DNA of 64,000 nucleotides from an uncultured Gammaproteobacteria bacterium. GTDB taxonomy: Bacteria; Pseudomonadota; Gammaproteobacteria; JAAEPA01. The number at the start of each line of letters is the position of its first letter. Position 1 is the stretch's first letter. Positions 20,559-31,355 of this stretch are shown piece by piece. The position numbers were made by a program, and so were the translations under genes. The stretch spans positions 39,792 through 103,791 of the forward strand of contig CAVSWL010000006.1 of NCBI GenBank assembly GCA_963731655.1, read 5' to 3'. Below the pieces are notes generated by a model, which saw only the letters and a program-made list of their open reading frames with translations, was not told the DNA's origin and did not search any database.

Positions 20559-22727
20559 TCATTGTGGATCCTGCTGAAATGCGAAATGGGTGGTGGTCCC
20601 GGTGTCGCGATAGGCGGCGATCCGGGCGTCATCCGGCGGGTGATGCGCGGGTTCAGTCCCTTGGTCAGGGGGTTCCGGGCGTGGACCGAGCAGGTCGATC
20701 AGCTGCTGGTGGTTCACGACTTCCTGTTCAAGTAGACAGGCAGCGAGCCGATCGAGTTTGTCGCGTTCCCGCGTGAGCAAGGTCGTTACGACCTCGTGTT
20801 GTTTTTCGAGCAGGCGGTGGACTTCCTGGTCGATCCGGTCAGCGGTGCGCTCGCTAGGGCCGCGGTCGCGCCCCAACTCGTAACCCAAAAAGCGCTCCTG
20901 CGCGCTGTCTTGATAGGCGGCGAGACCCAGCTCGCTCATCCCCCAGGACATCACCATATGCCGCGCCAGGCGGGTGGCCTCGATCAGGTCGTTCTCGGCG
21001 CCGGTGGTCACGTCGCCCATGACCAACTCCTCAGCGCTGCGCCCGCCCAGTAAAACGGCCATCCGCGCCAGCAGGTAACTCTTCGGGAAGTTGTACTGAT
21101 CGGCACCCGGACGCTGTTCGGTAACACCCAGCGCCTGACCGTGAGGCACAATGGTCACTTTGTGCACCGTGTCGGCGCCCGGTATCAGCCAGGCGACCAA
21201 GGCATGACCACCTTCATGGTAAGCAATCACGCGGCGTGTTTTCTCGTCGAGTGCCAGTGGCCGAACATCGCCCAGCACGAGTTTGTCGAGAGCGGCCTCA
21301 AAGTCCACATGGTGCACCTTATCCCGCCCCTTGCCGGCGGCGATCAGGGCGGCCTCGTTACAGAGATTGGCAAGTTGGGCGCCGCTCATGCCGATGGTGA
21401 TGCTGGCGAGTACCCTAAGGTCCACATCCTCGAAGAGGTGGATATCGTGCGTGTGGATCTGCAGGATTCCTTCGCGGCCCTTTGCATCGGGCAAGCCCAC
21501 GATCACTTGCCGATCAAACCGGCCCGGACGCAGCAGTGCGGGGTCCAGTACGTCCGCCCGGTTGGTCGCGGCGATAACAATCACCTTTTCGCGCGCGTCG
21601 AAACCGTCCATCTCCACCAACAGCTGGTTTAGGGTCTGTTCACGTTCGTCATTGACCATGCCCAGTCCCGCCCCGCGGCGCCGCCCGACGGCATCGAGCT
21701 CATCGATAAACAGGATTGAAGGCGCGGTTTCCTTGGTTTGCTTGAAGACGTCGCGTACGCGGCTGGCACCGACGCCGACGAACATTTCAACGAACTCCGA
21801 GCCGCTGATGCTGAAGAACGGCACCTTGGCTTCACCGGCGACGGCGCGCGCCAACAGGGTCTTGCCGGTTCCGGGTGGCCCTGCCAATAGGACACCGCGC
21901 GGAATTCTGGCTCCCAGCGCATGGTACTTTTCCGGATTACGCAGGAAATCCACTTCTTCTTGAAGCTGTTGCTTGGCGGCATCGGCACCCGCAACATCGG
22001 CGAAAGAAATATGTACTCGTTGACTGTCGAAACGTTTTGCACCGCTTTTCCGTAACCCGAATACACTGCTCTGCTGATTCATTGCGCGCCGACCCATCCA
22101 CCAGAAATAGCCGATAAGCAAGGCAAAGGGCAACACATTCATGAAAAGGGTAGACAACCAGGGTTTGCTGGGCTGGTCGGCCGTGATCTGCACCCCGTGC
22201 GCCTCCAGCAACGGCAACAATTGGGGGTCACCGACCGTTTCGGGGAAAGTGGTCAGAAAGGCCTCATAGTCGGCCGGTTTGAGCTGACTGTGGGTGTCGA
22301 AGGGCCAGCCAGCCGGTGGTTTACGCAGCGGCTGCTCAGGCTCAGCCTTTGATGTCGATGATGTATTTGCGGTGCTTGAAGAGGAAGCCTGTTGATCGGA
22401 GGCGTGTTGATCTGCAGCCTGTGTTCGCGGGGTCGTATTGGGGTTCGCCGCGTGCGATTTCTGCGCGGGAGGCCACCGAACGGAATGAATAAACGTGCCC
22501 CCAATCTTGCTGCCAACAATGCGAACGACGGCCACGTTGTCGTGTTGCACTTGATCAATGAACACACTGTAGGGCAACGTAACGACCGGGGGTTCGGATG
22601 GTCTGGAAAACAGACCAACGATATTCCAGGTCAACAGAAACGCCAGCAGTATCCACCACATATTCACACCTCCCGAGGGCTGCTGAGTGGGCTTGGGCTG
22701 CGGGTGGGTTGCGGGCGAATGATTCAT
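20559..22727 (-). CDS. ftsH: ATP-dependent zinc metalloprotease FtsH paralog with enlarged low-complexity periplasmic region
   Basis: AAA module [18 protein letters not shown], Walker [13 protein letters not shown] motif, and zinc site HEGGHALVA. Two TM segments flank a ~170 aa periplasmic segment rich in S/T/Q/A. Confidence 0.9.
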   Translation of the reverse strand: MNHSPATHPQPKPTQQPSGGVNMWWILLAFLLTWNIVGLFSRPSEPPVVTLPYSVFIDQVQHDNVAVVRIVGSKIGGTFIHSVRWPPAQKSHAANPNTTPRTQAADQHASDQQASSSSTANTSSTSKAEPEQPLRKPPAGWPFDTHSQLKPADYEAFLTTFPETVGDPQLLPLLEAHGVQITADQPSKPWLSTLFMNVLPFALLIGYFWWMGRRAMNQQSSVFGLRKSGAKRFDSQRVHISFADVAGADAAKQQLQEEVDFLRNPEKYHALGARIPRGVLLAGPPGTGKTLLARAVAGEAKVPFFSISGSEFVEMFVGVGASRVRDVFKQTKETAPSILFIDELDAVGRRRGAGLGMVNDEREQTLNQLLVEMDGFDAREKVIVIAATNRADVLDPALLRPGRFDRQVIVGLPDAKGREGILQIHTHDIHLFEDVDLRVLASITIGMSGAQLANLCNEAALIAAGKGRDKVHHVDFEAALDKLVLGDVRPLALDEKTRRVIAYHEGGHALVAWLIPGADTVHKVTIVPHGQALGVTEQRPGADQYNFPKSYLLARMAVLLGGRSAEELVMGDVTTGAENDLIEATRLARHMVMSWGMSELGLAAYQDSAQERFLGYELGRDRGPSERTADRIDQEVHRLLEKQHEVVTTLLTRERDKLDRLAACLLEQEVVNHQQLIDLLGPRPEPPDQGTEPAHHPPDDARIAAYRDTGTTTHFAFQQDPQ

Positions 22728-23286
22728 GAAGAGTAGTCCTGTTGATTTCCAAGAGCAGATGGGGCGATTGTCCGCCTATCGAAAGTAGGGCAATAAACGC
22801 GCCAGCGACGTTTTGCGCAGCAAAACAAAAGGTTGCCAGTGAGAGCGAAGATCACGTGGTGCAAAGCCACCCCCCTGAAGTGGAGAATATTCCCCACTTG
22901 CGTGTTTAAGCTAGCTCCGGCCTGTCCAATACGGACCGTTTTGGCGCTAACAATCGGCCACATCCAACATTAGTCTGTTGTTTGTTCATTTCTGATTAAA
23001 GGTACGAGAGGCTTTGCCCGCACAGTTTTCTATGTAGCGTATAAGGAGATAAAACCTATGCAAAGAAGATCGACGAAATGCAAAAGGCCATCAAGGACCT
23101 GAGCACCGATCCTGCTCAAGGGAAGCAGGCGAGGTACTTCGAACTTCAACAGCAAATGCGCGGCATGATCCGTTCGTTGTAGAAGAAACAATAGCAGAAA
23201 AGACAATAACGGCGCTTGCGAGCGCCCCGGATTTAGGTAAGAAAGCAGCGAGCGCGCTTTGACCCGCTTGAACGAAGGAACTCAGC

Positions 23287-24369
23287 ATGATCGCCCTGTC
23301 GCTAAAGGCTCGCTGTAGACACGAATCCGAACACAAGGAGACCAGAACAATGAATCCAGTACGCAAAACACTTTTCTTGGTGCCTGTCGCGGCGGCTATG
23401 TTGACCATGTCGTCACCACAAAGCGTAGCCGATTCTGCCGGTAGAGGTAGCGTATGGCAGCCCACTCCGGCCTGGGAATATAACGGATTATTCACTGTCG
23501 GCGATGATGGCGTTCAGTTGAGCTATGATCCATTACTGCTGTCGCTGGGCCGATCGGTTTATGCTGATCTGCAGGAGGCACGCCAGGCTGCATTGGCCAA
23601 AGAGGCTACCAATCTGCGGGTATCACTCATGGAGGCCCGGGACACAATCCATCGGTTGCGGCTCCCCTCTCAGCTTATGGCGCTGGATGCCCAGTTACGG
23701 GTGATCCGTAATGATCTCAAAGATACGCGCAAGGCATTGGACACTGATCTGTGGGTGCCGGTAGAGACAGAGATCGATGAGGTTCTAGTCTATGCTCCGG
23801 AAGCGGTGCGCGCCAAGACCAAAGAGGCGATTGGTAAAGGCAAGGCGGCAGCTGGAAAAGGAGATCGTGAGACCGCATCGGCGCAGCTCGATGTCGTCAC
23901 ATCATCCCTACAATACAGCCTTGGTGCTTTTCCCCTCGACAAGGTCAAGCGGGACCTGGACGCCGCATGGGCCACCGCAAGCCTTCCAAAGCCGGATTGG
24001 GCAGGTACGTTAGAGGCGGTACAAAGCGCGTTAGCGACGTTACACTGGTTTACTCGGATACCGGCGCATAGTCTGCTGACTGCCTATAACGACGTGGTCC
24101 GTGCCTACGTACTAGCGAGTGGACCGCGTTTGCGTCCTGAGCAGAAACAAAAAGTACTCGACTATCTGGCGAAGGCGAAAAAAAATCTGAGTAATACGCC
24201 CGGTGAGACGCCACTGGCGGAAGAAACGAAGGCTCTGATCGACAAGGTCGACCCCCACGCCAGTGACATTAAATTACTGCTGGGCGATCTTCAGTCCCAA
24301 ATTCAGCTTGAACGCCAGCGCGCTGAAGATCAGTACTGGGATGCGATCGGCCATGAGGCGACCTTTTAA
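23287..24369 (+). CDS. Secreted hypothetical protein (possibly YfdX-like); probable true start at the internal Met near 23350
   Basis: Signal peptide MNPVRKTLFLVPVAAAMLTMSSPQSVA followed by an all-helical, Ala/Leu-rich sequence with no catalytic motif. Confidence 0.4.
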   Translation: MIALSLKARCRHESEHKETRTMNPVRKTLFLVPVAAAMLTMSSPQSVADSAGRGSVWQPTPAWEYNGLFTVGDDGVQLSYDPLLLSLGRSVYADLQEARQAALAKEATNLRVSLMEARDTIHRLRLPSQLMALDAQLRVIRNDLKDTRKALDTDLWVPVETEIDEVLVYAPEAVRAKTKEAIGKGKAAAGKGDRETASAQLDVVTSSLQYSLGAFPLDKVKRDLDAAWATASLPKPDWAGTLEAVQSALATLHWFTRIPAHSLLTAYNDVVRAYVLASGPRLRPEQKQKVLDYLAKAKKNLSNTPGETPLAEETKALIDKVDPHASDIKLLLGDLQSQIQLERQRAEDQYWDAIGHEATF

Positions 24370-24610
24370 CCTGTCAACGCTCAAGGCAGGCGCATGCAAT
24401 ATCTAAATGCCCATTTGTATTGCTCATGCAAAACGTAGCTCCAAAGCGCATGGATCCCCAACGGCGCTCCAGGGGGATGCCCAACAGCCACAGCGCGTAC
24501 AAGTTCAGCACCAGATGCAAAAAGCCACCTTGCACAAAAGCATAGCTGACGATTTGGTAACTTCTCATTATCCACAGGTACCCCATTAAAAATCTAGTTA
24601 TACTACCCTA

Positions 24611-25351
24611 ATGGAATCCCCTAAACCTTCAATGCCAGAGGTTAGCGAGAGCGAGCGTAGCCCATTAGTGGATGCGTTGCTTGAGCTGATTGCTTGGCAG
24701 CAAAAGCAGATAGAGGAGCTGGAGCAACAGATTCTGAAACTCAAGGGTGAAACGACTAAACCGAAAATTAAGCCCAGCACCCTGGACAAAAAAACGGATA
24801 GCGATGATGACAAGGGCAATCAGGATGAAAACGAGGGTAAAGGAAAAAAGAAAGGTCCCAAACGTAAAAAAACCGAACAACTCCCCATTCATAAGACAGA
24901 GATCATCGAACCGGATGTCGTCCCCGATGGCAGTGAATTCAAAGGTTATCGGGATGTTGTTGTACAGGATTTGGTGATCCAACTACACAATACCCGTTAC
25001 CGCCTGGCTCAATATGAAACCGCAGACGGCGGCTATGTGACCGGCAAACTCCCGGCGGGCATCCGTGATGGGCATTGGGGGCAAGAACTGCACAGCTTCA
25101 TCCTGTACCACTATCATCATCAGCATGTCACCCAACCTCTGTTATTGGAGTTCCTGCGCGATCTGGGCGTGGACATCTCCAGTGGACAGCTCAGTCATTT
25201 ACTCACCCAGAAACTGGATGAATTTCATGAGGAGAAGGCTGAAATTCGAGCGTTGATTGGCGGTATCGCAAGTCTTACACACCGACGATACCGCTGCCCG
25301 TCATGCGGGCAAGAGTCAATAAAGACCGGCGCAGATATTGCCGTAAGCTAA
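24611..25351 (+). pseudogene. IS66-family transposase, N-terminal part (coiled-coil/leucine zipper plus first CxxC of the zinc finger), truncated by an insertion
   Basis: LLELIAWQQKQIEELEQQILKLKGE coiled coil and a lysine-rich segment. Ends right after YRCPSCGQ, i.e. mid zinc-finger. Confidence 0.65.
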
Positions 25352-26665
25352 TTTAGTGGTTTAATTTAATAGTGATTCACGTTCACTGTTAGATTAAGGT
25401 GCGCTGTCCTTATGAAAATGACCGATCCGTTAGTCAATGCTGAGCAACCGACGGTTTTCCAGAAGCTCTTAGAGCCCGTAGAGGCCTTTGTCAAGGAACA
25501 AAACCACCAAGTTCCCGAGCCGCCCAATCAAAAGTACGAGTATGAGGATTTTTTTCGGCTGTTGATTTACTACTTTGTGAGTGGCACGGCGAGTCTGAAA
25601 CTGCTCATTAAGACGCGGCTCAACGCCGGTCTTCTGACCCCGGAATTGGGGTTGCGTCCGGTACCCTACAGCACCTGTCAGGACGCGTTCGAACGCTTTT
25701 AACCCGCGCCTGTTTCAGGCGGTGTTCCAGCATCTGTTGTCCAGCGTCTCGTTCAAGGCCCTTCCCGAACAGGCGGCCATGGGCACCTTGTATTGCATTG
25801 ATGGCTCGCTCTTTCCCGTCATCAGCTCCATGTGTGGGCCGAATACACCACCAACCATCAGGCGCTGAAACTGCATCTGTGTTTTGAGCTTAACCGGATG
25901 ATCCCGGTCGATTTCTGGGTGGACATGGCACTCAGCAGCGCGATGGCTTCAGACCCTGGTCGCCTCGGGCGTGACCTACATCGCCGACCGCGGTTACATG
26001 TCTTTTCAGCTATGCCATGAGGTATGTCAAGCGCAAGCCCACTTTATCTTTCGAACCAAGACCAACCTGGTGCTCACGGTGGTGGAAAGTTTGCCGGTTT
26101 CGCTACCGACGCAGGCCCAAGGCTTGTTTTCGCAGCTCACGGATGAGCTGATCCGCTATGACAATGACCCGCAGGGGGCCCTCTATCGCTTGGTGCGGTT
26201 TTACATCGCTCAAGAAGCCTACTACCTGCTCACTGACCGCCGTGACCTGACCACCTTTCAAATCATTTTACTGTATGCTTACCGCTGGCAAATCGAATTG
26301 TTGTTTAGATTTTTGAAACGTACCCTGAAAGGCATTCATCTCATTCGACACGATGAGAGGGGGGTGACGATTCAATTTTATGCCATGATGATTACCGCAC
26401 TGTTGGAGCTTTAGCGGAAACAACAGATTTTAGATCGCCAGGAAGGCCCAGACGATGACGATCCGGGCAGTCGGGGCAACCCACCGCAAGAATCAGGGAC
26501 GACTGATCCGAAGCCGCCAGCCCCATCTAGTCGACTCAGTGGCGTTGAGTTTGTCACCTGGTTAGGCCAAAAAGTCAAGAAATACTGGAAAATAGGGATT
26601 CATTAGCTAACGTTTGCGGGATCTATTGGGTTGCCCTTTGAGTGAAAGGGCGGCAGGAATTTTGA
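25352..26665 (+). mobile_element. Degenerate IS4-family insertion sequence nested inside the IS66 transposase gene (approximate bounds)
   Basis: Lies between the two halves of the IS66 transposase. Contains IS4/DDE_Tnp_1-type transposase fragments in three frames. Confidence 0.5.
25412..26414 (+). pseudogene. IS4-family DDE transposase, frameshifted into at least three fragments
   Basis: Fragments MKMTDPLVNAEQ..., ...YCIDGSLFPV... and ...YIADRGY...YAYRWQIELLFRFLKRTLK. The last carries the conserved Y-R-W-x-I-E-x-x-F (YREK region) signature of IS4/IS5 transposases. Confidence 0.6.
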
Positions 26666-27604
26666 GCAAATTGTAGTAGGCAAGATATATTCCAGTCTTT
26701 ATTGGCCAAGAGTGGTTACTGCACCCCTATCGGTAATGAGTTGTTTGCCTGGTTTTCCAGCACAGAATCGAAGAGTCGAGTCAACTTCTTGGAGTGCTTG
26801 AGTCAAGGGGTTGAACGCCGCTACGTGCTCAACGCGGGGGCGTTGGAGTACTTGGCCCACCAAAAACTGCCCAAACGACTTCAGGCCAGCCTGAACACGG
26901 TGCAGGTCGATCTCGATAATCAGGACGCATGGGATCACTGGCTGACAGCCCAAGGCATCACGCGTTCACGCCATCGAAAAATCGTCACTGAAGGGGCCCT
27001 CATCGGGGGACTTCTGGCGCAAGGCATCCCCCGCGATCTGGTGATCATGAGTGATGATGCGGGTCAATTCAATGTGTTTGACCATGCCTTGTGTTGGATC
27101 CATGCCGAGCGCGTCATCAATCGGCTCATCCCGCTCAATGAGGGCCATGAGAAAGCCGTCAATTGGGTCCGCGAACAGCTCTGGCAACTCTACGCCGATA
27201 TCAAGGACTACAAACTCAATCCGCAACCCGCTCAGGCAGACGAGATACGCGCCAGGTTTGAAGAACTTTGTCGCACCCAAACCTGTTATGCGACCCTCAA
27301 CCAGGCCTTGAAGCGTTTGGAGGACAACCAGCAGGAGCTGCTCAAAGTATTAGACAAACCCTGGATTCCCCTTCACAACAACCTCAGCGAACAGGATATC
27401 CGCGATTACGTTAAAAAACGAAAAATCAGTGGCAGCACCCGCAGCGAAGCGGGGCGAAAAAGCTGCGATACCTTCGCGAGTCTGAAAAAAACCTGTCGCA
27501 AACACGGCCTATCCTTCTGGCACTATCTCCGAGATCGATTATCTGGAGCCGCACAGATTCCTCGTCTATCCGAGCTGATTCATCGGGCAGCTACCTGCGG
27601 ATAA
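26666..27604 (+). pseudogene. IS66-family transposase, C-terminal catalytic part (DDE_Tnp_IS66)
   Basis: IMSDDAGQF...HALCWIHAERV (HDD...CWAHARR-like) and PLHNNLSEQDIR (NNxAERxIR-like). The frame is open from 26666 with no ATG, consistent with a split gene. The stop overlaps the right inverted repeat. Confidence 0.7.
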
Positions 27605-27736
27605 TGAGAAGTTACATACCATGCTATCATCTTACTGTTTTATATGTATTTTTTCTTGTGTAACTCTACGCTTGACCAGGATGGGCGGAAATGAGCCGAA
27701 GCTACTAGGCTGCCGGGGGATACGGACCAGTCGGCT

Positions 27737-28039
27737 TTAATCTGAATCTGCGGCCTCGATCAAGGCGCTCGTGCGAAGGTAACGGCGCACCCCCAGGCCC
27801 GCTGTCAGAAAACTCATGGGGATGAGGAGCCATCCGGTGGCCTCCATCACCAGGATCCCCTCGAACAGCTTGACCAGAGTAACGCCGGAGACCAGCATCA
27901 TGAGGGAAGTCCGCAGCCAAGCAAGCAAGGTACGCTCGTTGGCCAGCCGCGTACGGTCGATGGCCAGCACGTCGCGCAGGATGAGTTGCTTGGCGTGGTC
28001 GGCGTATGGAGGAGGACCGGGTGTGTCCGTGGGTATCAT
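27737..28039 (-). CDS. DUF202/YidH-family small membrane protein
   Basis: RTRLANERTLLAWLRTSL motif followed by two TM segments. Confidence 0.7.
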   Translation of the reverse strand: MIPTDTPGPPPYADHAKQLILRDVLAIDRTRLANERTLLAWLRTSLMMLVSGVTLVKLFEGILVMEATGWLLIPMSFLTAGLGVRRYLRTSALIEAADSD

Positions 28040-28384
28040 GGTATTCTCCTGGCTCGAACTAATTGCTCGTCTTGAGCCCCTACTTCTGCACCCGGTAGCG
28101 CAGCTTTTCCCGGGTCGCGTGCAGTACCCGGGCCGTGAGGCTCACGTTATACGCCATTGTTTCGTTTCATCGTCATCATCAGTTAGCGGAACATTTTTAT
28201 CACGCCGCCGCAGCCCTACTCAAACCCTTCAAATAATCCTCGTGGCGTGGTGGCGACATGACTCGTTTTGCGATGGTGGGAAAATTCTAATGTGGCGCAT
28301 TGGTTCATTGTAGCTAGTATTGGTACAGATAAACTAGGCATAGGGATAACAGCTACCTTGATTCCATCGAAAATCCCCTATGTT

Positions 28385-30203
28385 GAGTCCGCTCCGAAAA
28401 CCCCCTTCCAGCAACCCAGCCCGACAGCGGGGCTGAGGATCAAGACACGCAAGTTGTCAAGTGTTCGGAAAGGATTTTCCCGCAACCGGAGATGGAAAAA
28501 CGCGGCTTCCAGGTGGTCTGTGGGGTGGAATGAAAGATCGTAGAGGCTGGGTCGTGATTTTAGGGCGTAACCCCTCGATCAAGCGATCGCCTCGGCCTGT
28601 TTCGTCTGGTGGCTCGCAATTCGCTTCATGTTGATCCACGCGGCTCGGCATACAGCCCACAGCTGGACCCGAAATTTGCCACGGTACTTCAGCTTTTTCT
28701 TGTGGGTGTGGTAACAGAGCTGAAAGATCGTTGCTTCGACATTGCAGCGCCGGTTGAATAACGCTCGTGGCAGATCTTCCGTTCGCCGCCGACAGGCCGC
28801 CGTAGCGATGTCTTTGTCTGTGATGTAGCGCCATTTGCCCTCGACGCGGAAGCGATAGCGCCCCGGTTTATATTCCTCGGCCAGTTGCGTTTCACCCCTC
28901 TCACGGTCGGTGACCACCACGCCGTCTTCGGTTCGCTCGTAGTCGTATCGCCCTGGCTTACCCGGAAAACCGGTGTAGTGGATTTCCTTGTCCTGCTCCT
29001 TTGCGTACGTCTCGTTTGCTTCGCTGTAGTAGGCCCCATCGGCGGAGATTTCCTGGGCCTCGCCTTCGAGTACGGCCTCGCTGTTTTGAACCGCTGCTTT
29101 CAAATACGCGTTGTCTGCCGCCGTGGCCGGCTCGACCTGCACGTCGACAATCAGGTTGAGCTCTTCCTCGCAGGTCTCGGTCACGTTGGCGCTGTAACCC
29201 CGCACCGTCTCGTCTTTCTTCTTGCGGTAGGCGGCGTCTTCGTCATGGGGGGACTGCAGCGAATCGGCGCTGATCTCCTGGGCTGGCTTGAGCTCGACGC
29301 GTTGCTCCTCGCCCTCGATCTGGTACTGCTCGAGCAACAGCCGCTCGATCAGCTCATAGCGCGGGCTGCTCTGCACGCTATAGGTCTGGTGCAGCCGCAG
29401 CAGCACGTTGCCAAAGTCCTCTAGCCAGGCCTTCTTGGTCGTCTCGTCCAGCCCATAGATGATCTGGCTCGGACGCTTGGCGCACAATCGATCCAAAAGC
29501 TCTCTGTCCGCTTCGTTAAGGCGCTCCTTCCGTTCGTCCGTAAGGCTCTTCCAGAACGCTTGCAAGCACCCAATGATCAGCTGCAGCCGCGTGCAGGCGG
29601 CTAGGTTGCTATCCAACAGTGTGCTATCCATCCGCAGCTTCTCGCCTACCACCCCAAGCCGCTTGGCCTGATCGCGGGTCAGCTCCTGAAACACCTCATG
29701 GAGCAGGTTGATCCCCGTCTCCAGTTGGTAGCGATACAACCGTTGCTTGAACAGATAGTAGGTCGACTCGACAGGTACTTCGTCGGTGAGATTCAGCAAT
29801 CCGAGTGCGCGCCGTACCAGCAGGTTGAAGTGGATTGCCTCGAACAACTGCTCGTCGCTCCAACCGAAGCCTTCCTTGAGAATCAGCATCGCCACCAGCA
29901 AGCGAATCGGTGCGTTCGGGCGACCGTTCTCTTCATCGAAAAGCGCGCTAAAGCGCTCTTCGGGAATGCGCTTGGTAACCTGATCCAGGAAAACGTTGTG
30001 CCATGCATCCGCATCATTGAGCTTTGCTTGGTCACGCTCGCGCAAAAACTGTTCGATGTTGCTGAACAGATCGATCTGGCTGCTGTCAGGACTGGCTCGA
30101 AACATCGTCGCTGGTGCTCTGTTGGAAACTCGGTGGCTCCGCGCTATTTTACCACTCGCCTTGCAGGGATCCCATCTCCCGAAGGACTTTTCGGAGGGGA
30201 CTC
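28385..30203 (-). mobile_element. IS1182/IS5-like insertion sequence (~1.8 kb) with imperfect ~23-bp terminal inverted repeats
   Basis: Left end GAGTCCGCTCCGAAAACCCCCTTC (28385-28408). Reverse complement of the right end (30181-30203) is GAGTCCCCTCCGAAAAGTCCTTC, about 19/23 identity. Encloses a 508 aa transposase. Confidence 0.6.
28579..30105 (-). CDS. IS1182/IS5-family DDE transposase
   Basis: 508 aa. C-terminal region HTHKKKLKYRGKFRVQLWAVCRAAWINMKRI matches the conserved IS5/IS1182 transposase C-terminus. N-terminal region is DUF4372-like. Confidence 0.7.
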   Translation of the reverse strand: MFRASPDSSQIDLFSNIEQFLRERDQAKLNDADAWHNVFLDQVTKRIPEERFSALFDEENGRPNAPIRLLVAMLILKEGFGWSDEQLFEAIHFNLLVRRALGLLNLTDEVPVESTYYLFKQRLYRYQLETGINLLHEVFQELTRDQAKRLGVVGEKLRMDSTLLDSNLAACTRLQLIIGCLQAFWKSLTDERKERLNEADRELLDRLCAKRPSQIIYGLDETTKKAWLEDFGNVLLRLHQTYSVQSSPRYELIERLLLEQYQIEGEEQRVELKPAQEISADSLQSPHDEDAAYRKKKDETVRGYSANVTETCEEELNLIVDVQVEPATAADNAYLKAAVQNSEAVLEGEAQEISADGAYYSEANETYAKEQDKEIHYTGFPGKPGRYDYERTEDGVVVTDRERGETQLAEEYKPGRYRFRVEGKWRYITDKDIATAACRRRTEDLPRALFNRRCNVEATIFQLCYHTHKKKLKYRGKFRVQLWAVCRAAWINMKRIASHQTKQAEAIA

Positions 30204-30229
30204 ATTGTTGTGACGTCCTAGTTTTCACC

Positions 30230-30571
30230 TCACAGCAACGTGACGAGAATGCCGCCACCCATCTGAAAGGCCGGCACGCTGATGTCGAACAAGCGCAATA
30301 GTGTTTGGTCACTCGATGCCAAAGCAGTAAGCACCGCCATGACGGTCAACGCAGCGCGTTGCGCCGTGGCGTGCCGCTGCACCGCATTCTCACCACCGGG
30401 AAGTGCGGTGAACGCGGACACAGCCAACGGCGAATTTACGATCACCACCAACTCAGCCAGCATGTATAGCCAGCCGTGCCAATCAGGCATGTGGGCCACC
30501 ACTCCGTGCGTCTGTGTGGCGTTCCAATACCCGGTACTTTCCCTCGATGACCGAGGCGTGCGAATGCGCAC
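30230..30571 (-). pseudogene. MarC-family (UPF0056) membrane protein, truncated after ~85 aa by the IS1182-like insertion
   Basis: LLRLFDISVPAFQMGGGILVTLL matches the MarC hallmark F-G-I-x-x-P-A-F-R-I-A-G-G-I-L. The ORF stops 27 bp outside the IS right end, and no MarC C-terminal half was found on the other side of the IS. Confidence 0.6.
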
Positions 30572-30764
30572 CTTCGCGCTCCAAGCGCCGCCGCAACCAC
30601 CAGGCGCGGGCTGTCAGTCCGAGCGCGGCCGCCGCCCCCAGTCCCACTATCAGCACGCCGAAGGCCAACCCGAGTATGGCTAAGATAGCAATGAAGAAAC
30701 CGAAAAAAATACGCTCGGGCCAGCCCCTTAAACCATCGTTAATCACTACCCGTCTGTGCATCAC
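30483..30764 (-). CDS. Small two-TM membrane protein, hypothetical (immediately upstream of the marC remnant)
   Basis: 93 aa with a hydrophobic core FFGFFIAILAILGLAFGVLIVGLGAAAALGL and basic flanks. Stop lies 2 bp from the likely marC start (Met at 30490). Confidence 0.3.
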   Translation of the reverse strand: MMHRRVVINDGLRGWPERIFFGFFIAILAILGLAFGVLIVGLGAAAALGLTARAWWLRRRLEREGAHSHASVIEGKYRVLERHTDARSGGPHA

Positions 30765-31355
30765 TAGTTCCTCTTAATAACCGTCTGAACGCAGAATCCA
30801 GGCCAATAAATAATCCGCACTAGGCAACCGAACGTCGCATTCGGACTCGGTTCATCGGTTGATTTACCTCATTTCCCGCCGGCTGATATCACCCAGTTAC
30901 TAGTCTAAATGGTGGCAGCGGCAATATCCCCCGGAGCTTCTTCCGGCTCGGAACGGTTTTTGACTATCGCAAAATCTATCTGCAATCCTCCCAGAGGAAT
31001 CGATCATGAATCCTATAAAAACCGTGACCGCCGCCGGCCACGCCGTTTGGCTCGATTACCTCCGCCGAGGCTTGTTGGATGGCGATGGTCTCGGTCGAAT
31101 GACCCAAAGACGGGCTAAGAGCGATTGGCGGGGACGGTGGAAAGGGCATTCGTCTAACCCAGTGTAGCAACCGCCATCACTGGTTGAAATTCACCAGGCC
31201 AGATGCCCCAAGACATCCGGCAACCACCCACATAACCTATATTTTACCAATGATAATCATTATGTTATTAGCTAGGCACTGGATTTGCTCCATACCAATT
31301 AAGCCCCCGCGCGCGGGGTAAACCGAGACAATAACCCGTATAAGGAGATAAAGCC

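Larger units (their letters stand above)
24557..27615 (+). mobile_element. IS66-family insertion sequence (single-ORF type) carrying a nested IS4-like insertion
   Basis: 15-bp perfect terminal inverted repeats GTAACTTCTCATTAT (24557-24571) and ATAATGAGAAGTTAC (27601-27615); a GTAA start is typical of IS66 inverted repeats. Encloses the split IS66 transposase. Confidence 0.65.

Noticed and set aside
31305-31318. 14-bp perfect palindrome CCCCGCGCGCGGGG upstream of the OmpA-family gene
   Set aside because: GC palindromes of this type arise frequently in GC-rich genomes. Without recurrence elsewhere it is not enough to call a regulatory site.
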